Shown: positions 49,000 to 60,964 of the stretch, piece after piece
Numbering within the stretch: the first letter of the stretch is position 1
Layout: every line of letters starts with the position of its first letter
DNA from: Dipteris shenzhenensis
Taxonomy: Eukaryota
Assembly: GCA_047967505.1 (NCBI GenBank)
Contig: CM106538.1
Direction: 5' to 3' (one strand)
DNA: 64,000 nucleotides
The notes under the pieces: model-generated
What the model was told of the DNA's origin: nothing
Seen by the model: the letters and a program-made list of their open reading frames with translations, nothing else
Database searches by the model: none
Program-made: the position numbers and the translations under genes

Positions 49000-51900
49000 G
49001 AGAAGCATAAGCATAAGCTTATGCGGAAATAGAGAATGAGCTTATGCGGAGATAGAGAAGGAGAGAACCATAATAGAGAATGAGCTTATGCTTATGCTTC
49101 TCTCATTCTCTATTATGCTTCTCTCCTTCTCTATTTCTGCATAAGCTTAAGCATGAGCTTATGCGAAAATAGAGAAGGAGAGAAGGGGGAAATGAGAGAA
49201 GGGGGAAATAGAGTGGGAAATAGAGAATGAGCTTATGCAGAAATAGAGAATGAGCTTATGCTTCTCTCATTCTCTATTTCCACATAAGCTCACACATAAG
49301 CATGAGCTTATGTGGAAACTTAAGCATAAGCTCATGCTCATGCATGAGCATAAGCATGAGCTTATGCTTATGCTTATGCTTAAGCATAGGCATCGGAAAT
49401 AGAGAAGGAGCTTATGCAGAAATAGAGAATGAGTTTCCGCATAAACTTGAGCATAAGCTCATGCTCATGCATGAACATAAGCATGAGCTTATGCTTAAGC
49501 ATAGGCATCGAAAATAGAAAAGGAGCTTATGCGGAAATAGAGAATGAGTTTCCGCATAAGCTTCTCTCATTCTCTATTTCCGCATAAGCTCATGCATAAG
49601 CATGAGCTTATGCAAAAACTTAAGCATAAGCTCATGCTCATGCATGAGCTTAAGCATAAGCATAAGCATAAGCTCATGCGGAAGCTCATGCGGAAAAAGA
49701 GAAGGAGCTTATGCGGAAATAGAGAATGAGTTTCCGCATAAGCTTCTCTCATTCTCTATTTCCGCATAAGCTCATGCATAAGCATGAGCTTATGCGGAAA
49801 CTTAAGCATAAGCTCATGCTTATGCTTATGCTTATGCTTAAAGCATAAGCTCATGCGGAAAAAGAGAAGGAGCTTATGCGGAAATAGAGAATAAGTTTCC
49901 GCATAAGCTTCTCTCATTCTCTATTTCCGCATAAGCTCATGCATAAGCATGAGCTTATGCGGAAACTTAAGCATAAGCTCATGCTCATGCATGAGCATAA
50001 ACATAAGCTCATGCTTATGCTCATGCGTAAAAAGAGAAGGAGCTTATGCGGAAATACAGAATGGGAGAAGCATAAGCATGAGCATATGCTTCTCTCATTC
50101 TCTATTTCTACATGAGCATGAGCTTATGCGAATGAGAGAAGGGGGAATGAGAGAAGGGGGAAAGAGAGAAGGGGGAAACTTATGCATAAGCTCATGCTCA
50201 TGCATGAGCATAAGCATGAGCATAAGCATAAGCATAAGCTCATGCTTAAGTTTCCGCATAAGCTTCTCTCATTCTCTATTTCCGCATAAGCTCATGCATA
50301 AGCATAAGCTTATGCGAAATCTTAAGCATAAGCTCATGCTCATGCATGAGCATAAGCATGAGCTTATGCTTATGCTTATGCATAAGCATAAGCTCATGCT
50401 TATGCTCATGCATGAGCATGAGCTTATGCGAAATCTGCATAAGCATAAGCTCATGCTTATGCTCATGCAGAAAAAGAGAAGGAGCTTATGCGGAAAAAGA
50501 GAAGGAGCTTATGCGGAAATAGAGAATGAGAGAAGCATAAGCTTCTCTCATTCTCTATTTTCGCATAAGCTCATGCATAAGCATAAGCTTATGCGAAAAC
50601 TTAAGCATAAGCTCATGCTCATGCATGAGCATAAGAATGAGCTTATGCTTATGCTTAAGCATAAGCATAAGCATAAGCATAAGCTCATGCTTATGCTCAT
50701 GCGGAAAAAGAGAAGGAGCTTATGCGAAAATAGAGAATGAGCTTATGTGGAAATAGAGAATGAGAGAAGCATAAGCTTCTCTCATTGTCTATTTCCACAT
50801 AAGCTCATGCATAAACATGAGCTTATGCGGAAACTTAAGCAGAAATAGAGAATGAGAGAAGCATAAGCTTCTCTCATTCTCTATTTCTGCATAAGCTCAT
50901 GCATAAACATGAGCTTATGCGAAAACTTAAGCATAAGCTCCTTCTCTTTTTCCGCATAAGCTCCTTCTTTTTTTCCTCATGAGCATAAGCATGAGCTTAT
51001 GCTTATGCTTATGCTCATGCATGAGCATATGCTTATGCTCATGCATGAGCATAAGCATAAGCATAAGCTCATGCTTATGCTCATGCGGAAAAAAAGAAGG
51101 AGCTTATGCGGAAATAGAGAATGAGCATAAGCGTGAGCTTATGCTCATGCGGAAAAAAAGAAGGAGCTTATGCGGAAAAAGAGAAGGAGCTTATGCAGAA
51201 ATAGAGAATGAGAGAAGCATAAGCTTAAGCTTCTCTCATTCTCTATTTCCGCATAAGCTCATGCATAAGCATGAGCTTATACGGAAACTTAAGCATAAGC
51301 TCATGCTCATGCATGAGCATAAGCATGAGCTTATGCTTATGCTTATGCATAAGCATGAGCATAAGCATAAGCATAAGATCATGCTTATGCTCATGCGGAA
51401 AAAAAGAAGGAGCTTATGCAGAAAAAGAGAAGGAGCTTATGCGGAAATAGAGAATGAGAGAAGCATAAGCTTCTCTCATTCTCTATTTCCGCATAAGCTC
51501 CTTCTTAAGCATAAGCTTATGCAGAAACTTAAGCATAAGCTCATGCTTATGCTCATGCAAAAAAAAGAAGGAGCTTATGCGGAAATAGAGAATGAGAGAA
51601 GCATAAGCTTCTCTTATTCTCTATTTCCGCATAAGCTCATGCATAAGCATGAGCTTATGTGGAAACTTAAGCATAAGCTCATGCTTATGCTCATGCGGAA
51701 AAAAAGAAGAAGCTTATGCGGAAAAAGAGAAGGAGCTTATGCGGAAATAGAGAATGAGAGAAGCATGAGCTTCTCTCATTCTCTATTTCCACATAAGCTC
51801 ATGCATAAGCATAAGCTTATGCAGAAACTTAAGCATAAGCTCATGCTCATGCATGAGCATAAGCATGAGCTTATGCTTATGCTTATGCTCATGCGGAAAA

Positions 51901-52643
51901 AAAGAAGGAGCTTATGCGGAAAAAGACAAGGAGCTTATGCGGAAATAGAGAATGAGAGAAGCATAAGCTTCTCTCATTCTCTATTTCCGCATAAGCTCAT
52001 GAATAAGCTCATTCTCTATTTCCGCATAAGCTCCTTCTCTTTTTCCGCATGAGCTTATGCTTATGCTTATGCTTATGCTCATGCATGAGCATGAGTTTAT
52101 GCTTAAGTTTCCGCATAAGCTCATGCATAAGCTTATGCTTATGCTTATGCTCATGCATGAGCATGAGTTTATGCTTAAGTTTCCGCATAAGCTCATGCTT
52201 ATGCATGAGCTTATGCGGAAACTTAAGCATAAACTCATGCTCATGCATGAGCATAAGCATAAGCATAAGCATAAGCTCATGCGGAAAAAGAGAAGGAGCT
52301 TATGCGGAAATAGAGAATGAGCTTATGCGGAAATAGAGAATGAGAGAAGCATAAGCTTCTCTCATTCTCTATTTCCGCATAAGCTCATGCATAAGCATGA
52401 GCTTATGCAGAAACTTAAGCATAAGCTCATGCTCAAGCATGAGCATAAGCATGAGCTTATGCTTATGCTCATGCGGAAAAAAAGAAGGAGCTTATGCAGA
52501 AAAAGAGAAGGAGCTTATGCGGAAATAGAGAATGAGAGAAGCATAAGCTTCTCTCATTCTCTATTTCCGCATAAGCTCATGCATAAGCATAAGATTATGC
52601 GGAAACTTAAGCATAAGCATAAGCTCTTGCTTATGCTCATGCG
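49000..52643. repeat. Self-complementary hexamer-based satellite (GCATAA/GCATGA/GCTTAT/GCTCAT plus GCGGAAATAGAGAATGAGAGAA modules in both orientations); further copies at 46435-46860 and 38470-39360
   Basis: Array of local palindromes such as GCATAAGCTTATGC, GCTCATGCATGAGC and GCGGAAATAGAGAATGAGAGAAGCATAAGCTTCTCTCATTCTCTATTTCCGC. It produces the many spurious HKLMLM/SISMSLC ORFs on both strands. Confidence 0.95.
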
Positions 52644-52899
52644 ACTTCAAAAAATGGGTGGCATGCATATCCTCATAAGTGCGAAGGTGATGCCCATGGA
52701 GGTTGTGGATGCATAGGTAGAGTCGAACATCCTGAAATTGAGATGGACCAATGTCGAGGTTGAAGACAATCTAGTTGGTCAAATTGTGAATGCGATCGTC
52801 AATGGGGTGACTGTGGGTGGGAAGATCACAGAGGAGTAAGAGGATGAGGCGATTGAAGTGGACGGCGATGATGACAGTGGGATCTGGGATGGAGCCGTA

Positions 52900-54800
52900 G
52901 GTGTCATTAAATGATTGGAGGCAAAGGCAAAAACCTTTCTGCATCATTTCCTTTGGGAAGTTGTACTTTGGAAATTTGTACAACACATTGGGGTCCTGTT
53001 GCTGGAGATGTCAAAAGGCAACCCAAGTCCAACATCATTCCATGGGCATGTAGAGTGGGTGGACTCAACGATCATGGGCGTGCTACGGTAGTAGTGCCAA
53101 AATTTCTCCAACTTCAAAAAGGGAAGCGGCCACTTGGACTATAGACCCCGACATCTGCATCAGTCACGAGAAAGGGGGCATTAGGGGCGAGGTTGTATCC
53201 TCCTCTTGTGTGCTTGGGATGCATTTGCTGCCAATCGTTGAATTATTGCATTATGAATTATGAGGGAGCACCTCCAGAATTTCATAGAGATGGAGGTTGG
53301 AGCCCTCGAGTTGGCGCTTCTAGTGGTGCATGAGCACACTATTCGATAACTCTTAGAAGGATTGCAAGTCCGGACAACAATGAAGATCTTCAAGAGGAGA
53401 CCTTGGCGAGGATGATAGAGCTTCATCATCAACCAGCGGCATTGGCTTTGTCTCTAGGGGGCCTATAGGAGTCACGGCGTCAGTGCTTTGTAGAAAATGT
53501 GCTGCTTTGAGCAGTGTGTTGAATGCCTTGTCAAGGAGGTCAATCGGAGCATTGGAGGTGATGGAAGGGGAGGGTTTGTGCTATGCGGTGGTGGTGTTGG
53601 AGGCATTGGATGAGTACTCAGGCAGTGTTGTCTAAGGGAGAGGAGGTTGGGTAGCTTGTTGGGTGGGTCAGGAGGGATCTAGTGGAGGCGGTAATGGAAT
53701 ATTTGCAGAGGGGCGGTGGCATGAAAGAGGGTGATTGCATTTTGTTCTTCGTCCTCGATTATTTCTTCAGGGTATGCTATATGAATTGTTTCAAAATTAC
53801 TCACCAAGGACTCAAGTGAGTCTTGAGAGCTTGTAGCACCCGATTAAATGTGCCACAAACTAGTCACATGACTATGAGGGACAGCTAGCTCCCCCAAGTG
53901 GTGGTCTTCCCTCCATTTGCATACTTTGCACATCCCTTTACTCCATATCCAAGTATTGACGAAAGAACAATGCAAGTATAGGATTGATGGCCCAGGAAGC
54001 CCCAGTAAAATGGTATGGTTGAGCTCCATAGAGATTGTAGATGTGTTTGTACAATGCATAAACCAAAAGTTGAGGAGTTTTCAAAAGGATGGCCATATCT
54101 TGTTCAAAATGCATAATGACGTACGTTAACCATTTTGTGTGCAAGACATTGGAGGGACTCCTCCATGAATCTACAATTATTGGATGTCAGAAACATTGTT
54201 GAGAAGACCGGTGCATGTGTGAGAGGTGGCTTTGAGGAGATAGGGAACATCTAGTGCAACATTCAAGAGCTTGGCAATATTAGTGCTTGCAGGCGCCATG
54301 CAGAAAATCAAAGCTACAAAGGTGGGTACTACAAATCGAATAACTCACTTTGCAAGACGCTTGAATCCATCAGTAGCTATGACATCGAAAAGGAATTTAC
54401 ACAACAAGGTGGAGAAGCTAAGCAATTACATATCGGATAGCTCACTTTGTAAAATCTTGAACTATTCACATAGCCATGCATTTCGGCAAATTGACAAGCT
54501 ACAACTACAATCGAAGAGTGTGCTTTCCACCCAAAGCTTGAATTGATCACACTATGAAATGTAAACTGTATGTACCTGTTACTGTACTCAGACCTGATGT
54601 GGTTTCTCAACAATTCAGCTTTGGGATCTATAGATCCAATACTTGGGTAGCTATGTAATAGAGGCTCTAATCTATCCTTCAATATAGGCAAAGCAATGCA
54701 CATGTAATGTAGATCCTGTCAAATGATGACATTCAAGTCACACTTGACTGCATTTTGTAAGGCAAGTGCCATAGTCCATGTGTTCGTTTTGGCAAAGGTT
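52900..54800 (-). mobile_element. Highly degraded gag-like region of an LTR retrotransposon
   Basis: Fragmented coding-like minus-strand frames (ORFs 54377-54703 and 53938-54144) and a decayed CCHC-knuckle-like stretch at ~53075-53125. No pol domains seen. Confidence 0.35.
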
Positions 54801-57800
54801 GCTATGGCTTGGACCATAAATTGTGGTGGTGTTAGTTTCACAAACTTGGTTACAAGGTCATCATATGAGTGATTAATGAGGCCTAGGTAAGGTTAGATCT
54901 CTAGGATGGTGAATGGTGAGACATCGAAGGTGGGCAAAATGGGTTGCAGAACTTTGAGATCCCTCCAAAGGTGTGAGACAATGGTTGGGCACCTACGACA
55001 CTCCTGAGCAAGTTGCTAAATCCTACAAGGAAGCAACAAGGAAAATTAGGGGACCTCATACCAACATGCACTTTTCTACTAGTTTTTGGACCCATCGGAG
55101 CTTCGATCTTCTACGAACTTCCCCACAAGAGGGTCGCGCAGCTATTTGTTGACCAGTTCAGCAGCTAAAGGATCGGTGGAGACTGAGGATACTAGTTCAC
55201 TCAAGAAGGATTTCCTTTGGGAATTTCCCCCGTATGATGATCTCCTTTGCTCCACTAATGACACAAGTTCAAGAATTTGCATGACAAACAATAAGAATGA
55301 TTCTTCAATTTTGGACAATATGTTGCAGCTCTCCCACCTTACTAGTCTCAGGTAAGGCTTTGTTTGAACTTCTTTGCAAGCTTGCATGCTATGGTGTTAT
55401 GTGAGTACAACGGTCTTATTTGCCGGCTCTCATCTTTTGATATTCTCTCTTTGCAGATAAAGCTACTTTTGATGCTACCAGTAAGGAGGGTGCCTCTCTC
55501 TGTCTCTCTCTCTACATCTCTATCTATCTCTGAGTGCTTATTGATCCTTGCTTGACTTTGGCTCATGTTGGGATCGTTGCTTATTTAGTTGAGCCTGTCT
55601 GGGTGGCTATAGGTGTTGCATGATCATTGAGCCTAGTGCTTTTGTTAGGAGGGTCTTTATTCTTCTTTGGTACTTTTGATTAAGTGTTGGGGTTCCCAGT
55701 TCAAGGCACAATCATTCGGGTTGAGGTAGTTGTTGTTTTCAATAAGATGTCATCTCTTTCATTAAATATTCATTGTCTTTATAAATTTTTATCCTTGCCG
55801 AGTCATGAGTGTTTAGAGCAACAACTCTAGGGGTTTGTCTTTGAGCTTAGCCTTAATTCTATGGAGTTCTATGTGTTAGTGTGTAAGTTACTGAAGCATG
55901 ATTTTTAAAACTCCTTCCTTCATTAAGAGTTATCCTTACTAGCCTTCTTTGTTAGCAAGATTGGTGTGTTTGTTTCCCTCTACATGGCTCGGTCCGTGCA
56001 TTTTTTAGATGATTATTTTTGTGGTTAATGTGGGTTGATTATGAGCTTGATGGGTCGGCTTTCTATATGTTGAAGGTTACAACAATTCCTTGCTCACTTT
56101 GTTCTACCAATCGCCCAAAAAGTTGTTCTACTAAAAAAGCTATTTTGCAAAAATATACACCACCAAAAAAACTATTTCATAAAGAAGGGCTTAGCTTGCC
56201 AAAAGGGCTTTTTGCCCACAAAATGGGCTTTATGCCTGCCAAACGGGCTTTATGCCTACCGGTGAAAAGATTGTTATCTACTAGATAGGAAAAAAAGGAA
56301 AGAAAAAAAAGTATTCTTTTAAAGAAAAAAGGTTGACAATGTTCTTCCAAACAAGCTGTCATGCAAAAAAGAAAATATTATACTAAAAAGACTATTTCGC
56401 AAAACCATATACTGTCCAAAACACTGCTCTACCAAAAAAGCTAGTTCGCAAAGCTATATACTGCCAAAAAAGTTATTACACCAGTTATCTTGCAAACTTA
56501 CATATCAATAATGTGCAGCGGCCATCTCATCCAACCACAGTTCTTGCCATTCCAAGTATTAGCTATTGTTTATTCTCATTCTTTACATATTTTCTATCAT
56601 TCTTTTTAGTGAGAAGGCTTCTTCTTCTACGTTCATCCAAAGAGTAGATTTTTGACCTTCTATTTTTATCCTAGTTGGCTCGTTTGGAGAGATGTATGAT
56701 TAAGGGGCGAACATATGAAACCGTGAGTTCCCTAGGCTACCACTTGACAGCCAATACCATTCCTCACTTGGGGGAGCATTGGGGGTACAAAGATGGTCAA
56801 AAGAAAGCATTGCTTTTCTGAGCGTAAGAAATGTGTAATTTTGCAGTGTACTCTTGTGAGTTCATCCTATGCTAGAGATAGAATACCTGACTTACCCGGT
56901 TGGAGCTCCTGGCTTAGTTGGGCCTCAAAGTGCGCCTCGTACCTCTTGCTGTGTCTTATCGTGGAAACGATGCAATTCTCCTGCTACTAGAGCCGAACAA
57001 GCTCCATTGACATTATGAGGATCTACATTATGAGGAGATCCCCGCACCGTCACCACGAGGTACAGAACTCCAGCGATGACCTGCCCAGCACCACGTTTTT
57101 ATAGCCCTGAATCCGCATGGAGGCTCTGCTAGCAAAGTCCTAGCAGTTATAGACGTCTAAAGCCCTCCAAAAGTGTTGCTGGCTGAGTATTGCAATGGTG
57201 CTCAGAAATTAGCACCACTGGCATTTAGCAGCTCGCGGGGATGCTCCATTGTGATGCTAGTGTTGCTAGCCTGGTGTACGCAGGGAGTGTAGGGAAAACC
57301 TTTTAAATAAGAGTTGTGTCCAAGAAAGAGTGTGCGTCGTTCGAGCATCGGATTCATCAAAACTCATTAACTAATATAGCAAAACTCAAAGATTGAAGCT
57401 GGCCGCTGCAGCAAAGAAAGAAAAAATTAGAAAAAGAAAGCTGAACGTGGACACAAAAAAATTAAGCGGCGGAAAAAAGCGAGAATCCACAGCTGCAGCA
57501 TCCAAGTGACGTCTAACACGCATAAGCTCTTAGAATGTCTTAGCGACAACCCCGAGAGAGAAATTTCTTATTAATCTTATGAAAGGCGGACGCACGGAGG
57601 CAAGTGTATTTTGCACCAATTGAAATTTCTCCACCACTCTTAAAAATATTGGCTAGGTCTTTAAAATACTGGTTCAACTACTTGTGTCTAACACATTCCC
57701 CACGCTCGGTCCCGAATTTTAATATACCAAAGTCGTACGGTTCAAATCTATAGAATTTGTGCATGATCCTTCTCTGTATACTCTTTGGCAGACATAAAAA

Positions 57801-58664
57801 CTTCAAGTTTGGTTGTTTAATTCCATTCGTCGTGCTCCACGAACTTGGAACTTGGAAGTAGACAGAAAAATTCTCCCTTCGCTAGACTTCTTCAAGCATG
57901 CAAAATCTCTAAGCTCGTAGTGACACAAACTCGTCTGGTAATATCTTTATAACAGCTTGAAAGCTACTTTGAACGCAGTTTGCGAAAGACGGGTCTCAGC
58001 TTTCTAACGTGGAAATTATTGTAAGGGATGACCAGTTGAATGAAAATGAAGCAATAAAACTATCATATCTTGCTGGAAAGCACTCGTGAAAGTAAAAGCG
58101 GATTTTTGGAAGAGAATACATGGAGCTTTGTCTTGAAGCATTTCAAGAACTGGTCAAACGGTCGGCAGAGCGAAGCCAAAATCCTCCACGTGGAGACCCT
58201 TGGAGAGCCGGCTCTTCCATTCAAATATCCCACATTCAAATCTCTCTTCAAAGAGCTCTCTCTATCCAACTATCTGATCTCTTCCATCCGTTGCTTGCAC
58301 TTCCTAGTTTTACTTTCTTGTAGATCCTTTGCAGCTTTAGCTTCCAGCAACCTTCGCTTTGATTTGCGAAGAAAATAGCCTCTAGTGCCCTCCTGCGAAA
58401 CTGCTGCTCCTCGCCAGTACGTCGGCTCTGGTTTTCAGGTGGTTCATCAGTAGCTGAATTATCGTCCTCTCTATCTATGAAACAGCCTCTTCTTTTCCTT
58501 ACGCAGCTCAAGCTGTACAGTTTGAGCTGCTCTATGTCGTGCTCAATGCACATAATACACAGAATGAAGAGGAATATGGCGCATGCACCGCACTTTCGTT
58601 GTAGCCGGGAATGAAGGAAACTCATCCTAATTATTTGTTGATTGACTCTTTGATTCTCCAGAAA

Positions 58665-60964
58665 ATGAACGTGGAGACGATTTACACCGGCGATGTATCA
58701 GTTGATCTTCGTGGGAAGCCCGTCAACCTCAGCAAAACCGGCGGCTATAAAGCTGCTAGCTGGATTCTAAGTAAGTGCTGGTTTACACGTAAAAGGGAAG
58801 TTGAGCTTTCCGATGCTAGTTACTCACATCGTATTTCGCAGCCTGCTAACCCAATTTTGCATGCAGTGAACGAGTTGGCGGAAAGAATTGCATTTTTCGC
58901 AGTTGGCGCAAACCTGGGGACGTACTTAGTATTCGAGTTCCACATATTCCCTGCAGAGGCAGCTACGTTAATTACCAATTGGGTTGCAGCAGCGTATGTG
59001 CTTTGCGTGTTCGGAGGCTTTATTGCCGATTCTTCCTGGGGTCGCTTCTACACGATCCTCGTCTTCACTTTGATATATGTTGTGGTTAGGCCTCCTTCCG
59101 TCATCTCAATATTGCATATACCACTGATTGTTCTTTCACATAGATATCTGAATAGTTGGGCCTCCAAAGAACATCGGTATCTGAATAGTTAGGGCTCCGA
59201 ATTGTCAGGCGAATCAAGCATCGAGCACACTTAAACCTTTCGAATTGTCGCATCTGCTCAAAGCTAGACTGACTTGGAAGCCCATTGTTGGCGTGATCAG
59301 GGAATGATTCTTCTGACGGTGGGAGCTTCGGTGAGCTTTTTCAGGCCCCCTGTATGTGACATTGTTCACAGTCCTCAAACATGCCTGCCTGCTACAAAGC
59401 ACATGCTTTCCTTCCTGTATGCTGGACTATACATCATTGCAATAGGCACAGGAGGCATCAAGGCCAATGTCTCATCGTTCGGAGCAGATCAGTTCGATGA
59501 TAAGGACGAGAAAGAGAAACTATCTAAGTCCTCTTTCTTCAATTGGTTCTACTGGGCCATCAATTTGGGAGCTCTATTCGCAATCACAATACTCGTTTAC
59601 ATCCAGAACACGATAGGATTTGGCTGGGGCTTCGGTATCCCCACCGCAATTGTTGCTATATCCATTGTGCTCCTGCTTGCGGGGATGCGTGTATATAGGC
59701 ACAAACTAACCTCCGGTAGCCCGTTCACGCGCTTTCTTCAAGTCTTGGTTGCTGCTATTCGAAAACACAACGCAATTGTACCTGATGAAAGCATGCTCTA
59801 CGAGGTTGACAGCCGCAAGAGCTCTGCAATCAAGGGCGTAAGGAAGCTTAGACATTCGGAACAGTTCAAGTAAGTGTACGAAAATCATTGTGATTCGATT
59901 AGGCGGGTTGAGAGTTTACATAATTTTTGCTTCGATCGGAGATACAAATCCACTAATTTATAGATACACCGCAAATATTATTCTTAAGCTGGCAGAGGCA
60001 GAGCTTCAATCGGTGAAATAAAGTATCTAACAAAGTTGTGTACATCAACAGATTTCTTGACAAAGCAGCAGTGGACACTGATAACACCGCTCTCAAGGGC
60101 GTGCCTGAGAGCCCGTGGAAGCTCTGCACTGTCACTCAAGTAGAAGAATTCAAGAGCGTTCTACGTATCCTGCCGATTTGGCTGACCACCATTTTCCTCT
60201 CCACCGTGTTCTTCCAGATCGCCGCATTCTTCATCCAGCAAGGAAACACAATGGATCGACGCTTGGGCAAGCACTTCCTGATCCCTGCAGCTTCTCTTCC
60301 AATTTTCGGCACCGTTAATTCACTCGTGCTGCTACCTCTCTACGACTACTTCCTGGTGCCGCTCCTCCGGCGAGTGACGCGAAATGAACGGGGACTCACC
60401 TCATTGCAGCGTATTGGGTGCGGCCTCTTCATCTCCATCTTCTCCATGGTCGCAGCTGCGGTGGTGGAGAAGAAGAGGTTGCATGCAGCAGCTGCGAACG
60501 GGCTCTTAGATCATCCAGAGGCAACGATTCCCATCAGCATTTTCTTTTTGGTGCCGCAGTATTTTATAGGAGGAATGGCAGAGGTGTTTGCATACGTGGG
60601 TCAGCTCGAGTTCTTCTACGACGAGGTATCGGATGGGATGAGGAGTGTGGGAACGTCCCTGTTCTTGCTGGGGATAGGCATAGGAAACTGGATCAGCGTG
60701 CTAATCGTCAACATTATACAGGCCGCCACGGGAAAGACTACTGGATGGATCAGAGACAATCTCAACAGAAGCAGGATCGACTACTTTTATTGGGTGCTTG
60801 CAGGCATCAGCGTGGTGAATTTTCTGTGCTTCCTTGTGTGCGCTATGTTTTACAAGTACAAGAAGAGCAATCCCAGCGTGTTCGATGGGTCTCAAGGCAA
60901 CACACCGATGCGAGTGTTCGACGAGCCTCAAGGCAACACACGGATGCGCGAGCAACGTCTGTAG
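58665..60964 (+). CDS. NPF: NRT1/PTR family (NPF, POT/MFS) transporter, 4 coding exons: 58665-58770, 58867-59084, 59301-59869, 60052-60964; 601 aa
   Basis: TGGYKAA...ELAERIAFF (ExxER motif), GGFIADSSWGRF (PTR1), GTGGIKANVSSFGADQFD, SSFFNWFYWAINLG (PTR2), GSPFTRFLQV, FLDKAA, WKLCTVTQVEEFK, QGNTMDR, LQRIGCG, PQY...GQLEFFY, DNLNRSRIDYFYW. All introns are GT-AG, the frame is intact (1806 nt) and exon 2 is 218 nt, a length typical of plant NPF genes. Subfamily not assigned. Confidence 0.97.

Larger units (their letters stand above)
40956..52643. mobile_element. CACTA (En/Spm) transposon copy B, rearranged, right TIR not found
   Basis: Starts CACTACTACACACGG. Subterminal GTCGCTATATAGCGAC cluster at 41052-41160, TnpD (-), promoter cluster at 45488-45588, UTR exons (+), satellite, a second subterminal cluster at 46866-46958, hairpin, TnpA-like gene (-), and satellite to 52643. 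Confidence 0.9.

Noticed and set aside
49302-52716. Many long ORFs on both strands (up to 357 aa) rich in HKLMLM / SISMSLC
   Set aside because: They are translations of the hexamer satellite, which lacks stops in some frames. Identical peptides on both strands reflect the palindromic DNA, not genes.
53088-53096. GTAGTAGTG as the missing right TIR of CACTA copy B
   Set aside because: Only 9 bp match, there are no adjacent subterminal repeats, and the following 3 bp (CCA) do not match the TGA before 40956.
57127-57270. Weak hairpin built from GCTAGC-containing segments upstream of NPF
   Set aside because: Pairing is short, discontinuous and partly due to self-palindromic 6-mers, so it is not distinguishable from chance.
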